A stretch of 61,107 bases of DNA, the filler included, from Nitrospinae bacterium RIFCSPLOWO2_12_FULL_45_22 (lineage in GTDB: Bacteria > 2-12-FULL-45-22), in the NCBI GenBank assembly GCA_001803565.1. It is 5 parts of 5 records of this genome, joined end to end, with 100 filler letters (N's around TTAATTAATTAA, not from the genome) between each part and the next. Parts side by side here need not be neighbours in the genome. Positions count along the whole stretch, not along the records: positions 1 to 17,353 come from MHDQ01000048.1; positions 17,454 to 32,308 come from MHDQ01000049.1; 3 more parts are not named here. One strand, written 5' to 3'. The position numbers and the translations under genes are program-made. The notes beneath the pieces were generated by a model. It had not been told where the DNA came from. It did no database searches and saw only the letters and a list, made by a program, of their open reading frames with translations. Numbering within the stretch: position 1 is the stretch's first letter; each line of letters begins with the position of its first letter. Below, piece after piece: positions 11,053-17,454 of this stretch.

Positions 11053-11229
11053 ATGATGGTGAAAAAATTTGTAACAGTTAGCCTTGCTCTTTTATTCATA
11101 AGTGTTGGATGTAGTTTCTCCAACTTGACCTCTTCCCATCCCACCTTAAAGGAGAGAATGGAAGAGTCACAGAAAGTCATTGATTCGCTTCCCTCAATTA
11201 AGAAGAATGAAAAAGAACGGAAAGAATAA
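11053..11229 (+). CDS. 58-aa lipoprotein carrying the M48 C-terminal H-P-x4-R motif (absent from the ORF track)
   Basis: Manual translation MMVKKFVTVSLALLFISVGCSFSNLTSSHPTLKERMEESQKVIDSLPSIKKNEKERKE*; lipobox SVGC; starts 4 nt after the upstream stop. Confidence 0.7.
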   Translation: MMVKKFVTVSLALLFISVGCSFSNLTSSHPTLKERMEESQKVIDSLPSIKKNEKERKE

Positions 11230-11617
11230 CGTTTCTCCACTAAGGTCTTGGAAAGAAATATGTTTATTCATCGCTTGGTTGTGTGGTGGATGCGGATCAA
11301 TTCCGAATCTACCCACATCCGTGGAAAGTTCACAGATCTTTCCTGTCCAATATTCCGTTATGTGGAACATTGTTAAAAAGTTCATCCCATGGCAAGTCAA
11401 ATACGAAGATGAATCGATGGGTTTTGTTGTATATGACACCTTTTACGGTGGGGAAAGTGTGACCATTAATTTACTTATAGAAGAAGTTGGCGCGAATCGC
11501 ACAAAAGTAATTGTCATACCAACGTTTCCATCATTAGCTAAATTATCTCCTGGAAAAGCAGAAAAAACCGTACTGCAAATGCTGTCTTCGGCAGTGGAAA
11601 AGGAGAAACGAAATTGA
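11180..11617 (+). CDS. Small lipoprotein, DUF3568-like (start uncertain)
   Basis: Lipobox LCGGC; PVQYSVMW...INLLIEEVGANRTKVIV resembles the 4778 protein. Confidence 0.6.
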   Translation: MIRFPQLRRMKKNGKNNVSPLRSWKEICLFIAWLCGGCGSIPNLPTSVESSQIFPVQYSVMWNIVKKFIPWQVKYEDESMGFVVYDTFYGGESVTINLLIEEVGANRTKVIVIPTFPSLAKLSPGKAEKTVLQMLSSAVEKEKRN

Positions 11618-12273
11618 CGATTCTCGTACGGATTCTAGCTGTTCTACTAGCGATTTCGTTGATAGGCCTTCCAGGCTGTGCCGGGAAAAGATTCACTCTC
11701 CAAAAAGAAATCTTTATTCTATCCGAGCTTAAGGGCGGCAAAACTTTGTCCATACAATTATTCAAAGTGACGTCTATACCAAAATATGACGCGGAGCCAA
11801 TTGATAACTTAAGACGATATTTAGCGGAAAAACTTGCATCGTCGCTTCGCGGGCTTAATGTATTCAGCAACTGTGTCATTTTGGGCGAGAATGAGAAAGC
11901 TCAGACTGATTTACTCCTTGAAGGAGATATTACTGCTGTGGATGAAGGAGAACCTGCAGGAATATGGCAGCGCAGCTTTGGTTCCATTGACCCCAAGAAC
12001 TGGGCCTTATTTGCTGTGCAGGCAAGAATCATTAAGAATCAAGATTCATCGATAGTTTACAAGCCTACAGAGATAAGCGCAGGGAGAACAGATGCGGAGG
12101 AACTAATAAGAGCTGGCTCCAAGAATCTGGCTGCGGGCATTGCTGGATTCAGAGCCGAACATTGTCTCATAGGGTGTGGACCAGTCACCGAGGATATGCG
12201 CGAAGTAATTGATTCGGTAGTATGGAAAATCACAGAGGATCTAAAGAGCGAATTATCTAAGACTGTGGATTAA
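11614..12273 (+). CDS. Lipoprotein, possibly DUF4410-like
   Basis: TTG start overlapping the previous stop; lipobox LPGC; DLLLEGDITAVDEG motif. Confidence 0.65.
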   Translation: MTILVRILAVLLAISLIGLPGCAGKRFTLQKEIFILSELKGGKTLSIQLFKVTSIPKYDAEPIDNLRRYLAEKLASSLRGLNVFSNCVILGENEKAQTDLLLEGDITAVDEGEPAGIWQRSFGSIDPKNWALFAVQARIIKNQDSSIVYKPTEISAGRTDAEELIRAGSKNLAAGIAGFRAEHCLIGCGPVTEDMREVIDSVVWKITEDLKSELSKTVD

Positions 12274-12520
12274 ATTGTGTAAATGCTTTTTTCCATGTCT
12301 AACGGCCTTAGTGAGAAGGAAAAAAGATAGCTATTATCCGAACTATGAATATCCCAATGTGCCCTGAAGCGTTTTGATTTGCATAGATTAATCAACTCTT
12401 GTAGACTTGCGAATTAAACCAGCCTGATTTTCCAAATTATATTGACCTGGAAAGAGGGGGTTTTTCCGGATTAATCCAGATTTTTTGCAGATTATTCCAG
12501 CGATTAAAATAATGTGGAAA

Positions 12521-12556
12521 GGGAGGAGCACCCGGTGGGTACCGGGGTCTCCTCCC
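12521..12556 (-). terminator. Hairpin just downstream of the transposon operon
   Basis: GGGAGGAG (12521-12528) pairs with CTCCTCCC (12549-12556); the loop holds a variant of the 17-bp insert. Confidence 0.45.
12529..12545 (+). repeat. 17-bp palindromic insert, variant copy
   Basis: CACCCGGTGGGTACCGG. Confidence 0.65.
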
Positions 12557-12565
12557 ACCATAATA

Positions 12566-12928
12566 TTATTCAGCTAAGCTATCCAGGATAGCTAACAGGA
12601 TGGGATAGCAGTAGGGATCTGGAGAGACAAAAGGCTCCTCCGGGATGATATCGGTGGAATAGAGGACGGAGGGGCTAAAGGATTTTACTGAAGAGAATTC
12701 CTTTTGAATTGCATCTAGCAAGGGTTGTTGGTTAGATTCCTCCAGGCAAGTAGCGATCCTTAAGGATGCAGAGAAGGCCTGCTGGAGGGCCTTTAGAGAG
12801 TTGGTAACGGCCTCTGGTGGGCAGGCAGAGGGGAAGCGGGTTTTGAAGACTGCTACCCCCTGGTTATCCAGGGCGACCAGATAGAGGTGGGAATTAGTTT
12901 GTTTAATACCGAGATATAGTTTCATCAT
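12566..12928 (-). CDS. 120-aa hypothetical protein, N-terminus resembling the IS110/RNase H-like first strands
   Basis: AAGGAGG RBS before ATG 12928. MMKLYLGIKQTNSHLYLVALDNQG resembles Y-x-G-I-D...H...L-D-x-x-G with Asp replaced by Lys. Confidence 0.6.
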   Translation of the reverse strand: MMKLYLGIKQTNSHLYLVALDNQGVAVFKTRFPSACPPEAVTNSLKALQQAFSASLRIATCLEESNQQPLLDAIQKEFSSVKSFSPSVLYSTDIIPEEPFVSPDPYCYPILLAILDSLAE

Positions 12929-12950
12929 TCTTCCTCCTTTGGTTAAGGTT

Positions 12951-13760
12951 TCATGATATTTCGGTGACGGCCTCCCGTACATGGTCGCCATCAACAATTT
13001 GACTCTTTTTGCTGGCACAGGCCATAAGGGAGGCCTGGGCCAGGAGGTTAACTTTTCTGGGGATACCTTTGGAGGCCTGATAGATGGCCTCTATAGCCGG
13101 CTCCGAGAAGAGAGGATTAGTAACCCCTACGCGGTTCAGGTAGTGTTTTAGATAAAGAGGTAGTTCTTTACGGGTGAGGCCCTCCAGGTGGTAGCGCATG
13201 ATGATCCTTTGGTTTAAGGGCTCATTGATATTGAGGCCTAGCTTTCTGCGTAGCTCTGCCTGGCCAACCAGGATGAGGGTAAGGTGATCCTGGCTATCCA
13301 TATGGTAGTTGGTGAGGAGCCTGAGCTCCTCCAGGGCCTCTATGCGGAGTAAGTGGCCTTCGTCCACAATCAGGAGAGGAGAGATCTTTTTACTCTCTAC
13401 CATGCGCTCTATCTCCTGGTGTATCTGGATATAGAGTTTGGCCCTGGAGCTTGGGGCAATAAGCCCTAGCAGCTCTGCCAGGGACTTATAGAGATCCAGG
13501 ACACTCCCAGTCGTATTGGGGAAGTAGAGGGGCTTATAGAGGCCTGGGTTAAGGGTGGTGCAGAGGGCCCGGCACCCAGAGGGTACCCGGGTGGTTTTTC
13601 CGCTTCCTACCTCACCGGTTACCAGGCCGATGCCCCTCTTTTTTACCAGGTAATCTAACCTGGTAGAGAGTTCTTTGAAGTGAGAGCTCAGAAAGAGCTC
13701 CTGAGGTGGGATATCTTTAGGGAAGGGTTCACCGGTCATACCGAAATAGGTCTTATACAT
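12951..13760 (-). CDS. ExeA-like AAA+ ATPase (transposition helper)
   Basis: MYKTYFG...PF start, Walker A GEVGSGKT, Walker B LLIVDEGH, LILVGQ, SKGIPRKVN. Confidence 0.92.
   Translation of the reverse strand: MYKTYFGMTGEPFPKDIPPQELFLSSHFKELSTRLDYLVKKRGIGLVTGEVGSGKTTRVPSGCRALCTTLNPGLYKPLYFPNTTGSVLDLYKSLAELLGLIAPSSRAKLYIQIHQEIERMVESKKISPLLIVDEGHLLRIEALEELRLLTNYHMDSQDHLTLILVGQAELRRKLGLNINEPLNQRIIMRYHLEGLTRKELPLYLKHYLNRVGVTNPLFSEPAIEAIYQASKGIPRKVNLLAQASLMACASKKSQIVDGDHVREAVTEIS
13573..13589 (+). repeat. 17-bp palindromic insert in the ATPase gene
   Basis: CACCCAGAGGGTACCCG; encodes RVPSGC after Walker A. Confidence 0.9.
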
Positions 13761-14115
13761 GGTCTTTGTCCTCCTTTCTGGGTTGGTTTTGGTAGTAGTT
13801 TTGGTGTACTAGCTCTACATAGTTGATACCTGATCTTCTGATCTTAAGGGGCGAGGTAGAAGAGACTAGCTCTTTGCTATCATCATCCCTTTTTACGAAG
13901 CAATTTTCGTAGGCCTTGGTGGGGGTAGCGACCTGCTCTAGCTTCCCTTCAAAATAGACCTTTACCTGGGACTTATCCTGGGGGTTGAAGCGGATCTCTA
14001 CCCCTTTGCCAACCAGGTGGGCTGGGGCCTCATATAAGATGCCATCTAGAGAGAAGGTGCGGTCGTTATAGATCTTCCGCTTCATACGGTGGAGGAAGAT
14101 CTCTTCCAGGTCCCT

Positions 14116-14178
14116 GGAGTTTGGGAGTTAGGGAGTTAGGGAGTTGAAAACTCCACAACTCCTGAACTCTACAACTCC
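14116..14178. repeat. Octamer tandem-repeat hairpin inside the transposase
   Basis: Four GGAGTTNG-type units followed by four AACTCYNN-type units. Confidence 0.85.
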
Positions 14179-14255
14179 TCAACCCTACGAGGCGCATCCA
14201 CTTGTCCAGGGGTGTCTCATTGAGGCTGGAGTGGATGGTTCTGTGGTATTCACCT

Positions 14256-14272
14256 CGGGTACCCCCTGGGTG
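14256..14272 (-). repeat. 17-bp palindromic insert in the transposase
   Basis: Minus strand CACCCAGGGGGTACCCG; encodes HPGGTR. Confidence 0.9.
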
Positions 14273-14593
14273 CCAGGCCCAGAGTCTGGAGTTAAGGTCT
14301 TCCAGTCCCTTGATCTTTTCCATATCAAACTGGTTAAGGAACTGCATACGCAATGTCCTGAAAAATCTTTCTGCTTTTCCCTTTCCCTGTGGGACATAGG
14401 CCTTAGAGTGGATAAGGATAATACCCAGACTGGCACAGACTACCTGGAGGTGGTGGCTTCGGTACACTGACCCGTTATCGCAATAAAGCCTTAAGGGCAC
14501 GCCTTTTTTGAGCAGGGCCTGCTTAAAGGCATGCTCAAAGGAGAGCAGCCCCTCATCAAAATAGAACTGGGCATGGGGGACTACCCGAGTGGC

Positions 14594-14610
14594 CGGGTAC
14601 CCTCTGGGTG
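14594..14610 (-). repeat. 17-bp palindromic insert in the transposase
   Basis: Minus strand CACCCAGAGGGTACCCG; encodes PPRGYP. Confidence 0.9.
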
Positions 14611-14821
14611 GGAGGAAGGCATAGAGATAAGTTTTTCTCCTCCTACCGGTTTGAGGGACAAGGATCCTGGGGCCATGGAGGCAATCACTCTGATACAACT
14701 CCCCTGGGTAGGCATATTCAAAATGGCGTCGGTCTTTAGCCGGGCTTTCCTGATGAACCAGTCCTTGATTTACCAAAAGGCGGTGGATGGTGGAAGGAAC
14801 AATCCTTTGGTGAGGGGGTAT

Positions 14822-14838
14822 CGGGTGCCCTATGGGCG
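14822..14838 (-). repeat. 17-bp palindromic insert in the transposase, variant
   Basis: Minus strand CGCCCATAGGGCACCCG; encodes PPIGHP. Confidence 0.8.
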
Positions 14839-15481
14839 GTGCCAGTTCCAACTCCCGGGCGATGATAGTTGCCGAGCGGGAGGGGTTTTCTTCCTTGAGG
14901 GCGATAATAAGCTCGGCCAGCTCCGGAGGAAGGGTCCTGCTCTGTCCCTGATCCGAACGTTCTTTGGGCTTAAGGGCCTCAAAGCCTCCCCGGCGATACC
15001 TGGTCATCCAATCTTTCAGGGTAGCCGAGGCAATGCTGGTCCGGGCGCTATGGGGAAGGGAGTAGGTTTGGCTGACCTTTTCCCTGAGCAGGGCGCTCTT
15101 TTCCCCGGGGCAGAACTCCCGGCTGAAGAACTCTGAAATTACACCGAACCTGAACAATGCGATGTCATCCTGCTTCTTTTCATCCATGATAAACCTCCTT
15201 GAGAAAAAGGGTTAAATGATAAAAACGATCCCATCGATTATGGGGGTCAGGGTAGCATCCCTTGCTAGCCCATGCTATGCAAGATCTGTGTGGGTGGTTG
15301 CGGTGAGATCTGGCCTGGCATTTGGTGGGTTGGATTAATTTGAAAAAAAAGGGTAGAAATCCCCCTTCCCAGGAGAAAAATTAGAGGGTTAGAGGAAAGG
15401 TCCTGGTCGTATCAGCCTTTGAGGAAGCAAAGAAAATGGAGTTTAAACGTTCCTACAGGGTAACGGATTTAAGTGTGGTTG

Positions 15482-15505
15482 CCTGTCTGCCAAGGCACAG
15501 GCAGG
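15482..15505. repeat. 24-bp imperfect palindrome
   Basis: CCTGTCTGCCAAGGCACAGGCAGG. Confidence 0.6.
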
Positions 15506-15523
15506 AAGGAAAAGACTCGTTGG

Positions 15524-16081
15524 TCAGAGTAATGCTCGATAGAAATGGAGGGAAAAATATTGGTTAGTAGCCGCAAAGAGTTGGCCACTATCCTGGGCCA
15601 GACCAAAGAAGAGGGAGAGATGCTGGAATATGTTCAGAGTCTTTTTCATCCCTTTGAGGGGCAAAGCCCCTCTGATCCTGGAGATCTTTTTCTGCCAGCG
15701 TTTACACCAATACTGAGCCCGTTGATAAGAGATATCTGGGCGGCCAATGGCTTCATTACACCCTTTATAGGTTTTCCCCTGGCTACGGTGCCAGAGAAAG
15801 CTCTCCACCACTTGCACAGGTTTACCAATACCCTGGCAGAGAAAAGTGGGCAAGAGAGCAAAGGTACTGGCACCCATGGGGTACCCGGCTTTGCAAAGCG
15901 AACGTTTTATCCAAACTACCAGTTGCCCACACCATCGGCTATAAAAGCCATGCCCAATGACCTCATTCCCTCTTCGGCAGTTAGGGCAGAGATCTATCTT
16001 GGGAAAGTGGTTATATTTTCCTTGCGCCGCATAATCCTTGACAGAGATACCAAAATCGTATACGATCATCCTTGGTTGCAA
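15524..16081 (-). CDS. DUF6431-like zinc-ribbon/HTH protein
   Basis: CPNC...GHGFYSR...IKRSLCK...TFALLPTFL; located upstream of the DDE integrase. Confidence 0.75.
   Translation of the reverse strand: MQPRMIVYDFGISVKDYAAQGKYNHFPKIDLCPNCRRGNEVIGHGFYSRWCGQLVVWIKRSLCKAGYPMGASTFALLPTFLCQGIGKPVQVVESFLWHRSQGKTYKGCNEAIGRPDISYQRAQYWCKRWQKKISRIRGALPLKGMKKTLNIFQHLSLFFGLAQDSGQLFAATNQYFSLHFYRALL
15871..15887 (+). repeat. 17-bp palindromic insert in the DUF6431 gene
   Basis: CACCCATGGGGTACCCG; encodes GYPMG. Confidence 0.9.
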
Positions 16082-16297
16082 GGGGCCCTTGAAGACATTC
16101 TTTGCAGGATTAGCACATCTAATCCCGAGCAGTCTTCAAGGGCTTTGCTGTTTATAGGGGATCTTTCTGAATAAATTGGCTCTTTTTTATATCACAAGGC
16201 TGGATGATTGTGAATAAATTTTAGGGATTCTGGATAAAATAATTACTGGGGTTACAGGTGGGAGGTCAGGCCGTTCGACCCTCCTTGGCTCTGTGCA

Positions 16298-16834
16298 ATG
16301 TTCGGTATTGGAATTGTGCTCCTCTCGCACTTTCCCTTTGTTGTAAAGCGGAACAAAAGCGCACAGAAGTTTAATACTGAAAGTTTCCGCGCAGGAGTAG
16401 GAGCCGTCATCTACAAAGCCGATTGGCTGGTTCTGGCCTTTGAGCGATCGGACAGATCCGGGTCTTGGCAGCTCCCACAGGGCGGCGTTGAACATCGCGA
16501 GACTTTAGAACAGGCGCTGTTCCGCGAGATAAGAGAAGAAACCGGGTTGACTCGGGACCATCTAACCATTTGCCTAGAGGTACCGACCTGGATGGGATAT
16601 GAGTTGCCGCTAGACGCGCGCAGCGAGAAGACTGGTCGAGGTCAGATTCACAAGTGGTTTTTCTTGGAGTTCGTGGGAAACGAAGCTGCCATCAATTTGA
16701 AGGCCGGCGGCGAGTTCAGAGCTTGGCGGTGGAGCGATCTTCGGGAACTCGCTGACTCAGCGGTTGAGTTCCGCCGCCCAGTCTACAGTCAATTGGTTGC
16801 AGTCGCAGCCGCGAAGGTCTGGCAGTCTACCTAA
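16298..16834 (+). CDS. NUDIX hydrolase, RppH-like, as an integron gene cassette (start uncertain)
   Basis: FRAGVGAVI, WQLPQGG-x5-E-x7-REIREETGL Nudix box, GQIHKWF, EFRAWRW; the stop codon lies inside an attC-type ACCTAAC. Confidence 0.88.
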   Translation: MFGIGIVLLSHFPFVVKRNKSAQKFNTESFRAGVGAVIYKADWLVLAFERSDRSGSWQLPQGGVEHRETLEQALFREIREETGLTRDHLTICLEVPTWMGYELPLDARSEKTGRGQIHKWFFLEFVGNEAAINLKAGGEFRAWRWSDLRELADSAVEFRRPVYSQLVAVAAAKVWQST

Positions 16835-16867
16835 CACGGCGCTGCACCTGACTGCCTACAGCCTCCG
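16829..16867 (+). other. Left arm of an attC site, interrupted
   Basis: ACCTAAC inverse core followed by an arm ending CAGCCTCCG, the same 9-mer found in the intact attC at 17201. Confidence 0.7.
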
Positions 16868-17072
16868 GTGCGCTGCAGTAGTTCATGCAGCATCCCCATT
16901 GTAGATGGGAAGGATTCAGAGGACATCCTTGGGTCAGCGGCTCACCTAAACCCGAAAGGGCGAGGGGACAAGAGCCTGCCGACAAAGCCGGGAACGGAGA
17001 GAAGACGCTGAAACCGTTGCTCGGCGAGACCCGCGTGACAGGGCGAAAGCTCAACTGCCTGAAGTCCAATCC
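16868..17072 (+). ncRNA. Group II intron 5' (domain I) remnant
   Basis: Begins GTGCG exactly where the attC arm breaks; GNRA-capped hairpins CCCGAAAGGG and GCGAAAGC; no RT ORF or domain V follows. Confidence 0.6.
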
Positions 17073-17200
17073 CATTCGGTCGATGGATAGCCTCTGGCTA
17101 CAGCGTCTAAGGGAGAAAATGGGGACAGATTTATTTCTCCGAGTGTGTGCATGGGCCGAGGAGCGGATGGACCAGAGACAGCTGATCAGAACCTTCCCGC

Positions 17201-17288
17201 GCCTAACAACCCAGTGGAGCCGACGCCCAACAGCCTCCGCTCCTGCGTCGCTCCGGCTGTTGGGCGCGGCTCACCGGGAGCGTTAGGG
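17201..17288 (+). other. Integron attC site (88 bp)
   Basis: GCCTAAC...GTTAGGG cores; arms GAGCCGACGCCCAACAGCC and GGCTGTTGGGCGCGGCTC pair with an extrahelical base. Confidence 0.88.
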
Positions 17289-17353
17289 GAGCAGCCGACA
17301 AGGCTGCAATCTTATGGGGTGAAAGTCCCCTGCCGTCAATTGCTCGATTCAGA
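17289..17353 (+). ncRNA. Probable 5' end of a second group II intron, cut by the contig end
   Basis: GAGCAGCCGACAAGGCTGCAATCTTATGGGGTGAAAGTCCCC: degenerate GTGCG start and a GGGGTGAAAGTCCCC domain-I-type hairpin. Confidence 0.45.
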
Positions 17354-17397
17354 NNNNNNNNNNNNNNNNNNNNNNNNNNNNNNNNNNNNNNNNNNNN

Positions 17398-17409
17398 TTA
17401 ATTAATTAA
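17398..17409. other. Artificial contig linker
   Basis: TTAATTAATTAA (stops in all six frames) between N runs. Confidence 0.95.
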
Positions 17410-17454
17410 NNNNNNNNNNNNNNNNNNNNNNNNNNNNNNNNNNNNNNNNNNNNA

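Larger units (their letters stand above)
13753..15187 (-). pseudogene. DDE integrase/transposase with Mu-type C-terminal domain, frameshifted near 14110-14180
   Basis: IALFRFGVI, HTH, YQSD / YCDNG / GKAERFF triad. C-terminal DLEEIFLHRMKRKIYNDRTFSLDGILYE lies in a different frame, after an octamer-repeat hairpin. Confidence 0.88.
12400..16256 (-). mobile_element. Decayed DUF6431/DDE-integrase/ExeA-ATPase transposon
   Basis: Both ends read TGTA-N8-AATTA inward (TGTAGACTTGCGAATTA at 12400; TGTAACCCCAGTAATTA on the minus strand from 16256). Repeated ATT-W-W-TCCAG-like motifs lie near both ends. Four co-oriented genes. No target-site duplication visible. Confidence 0.7.

Noticed and set aside
12529-15887. 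17-bp repeats as a CRISPR or TIGR-like array
   Set aside because: Irregular spacing of 0.2-1 kb, mixed orientation, located inside genes, no cas genes
14144-16174. Plus-strand ORFs of 108, 201 and 209 aa
   Set aside because: Antisense shadows of the transposon genes
16885-17405. ORFs of 133 and 86 aa
   Set aside because: Read through intron and attC structured DNA; no protein features
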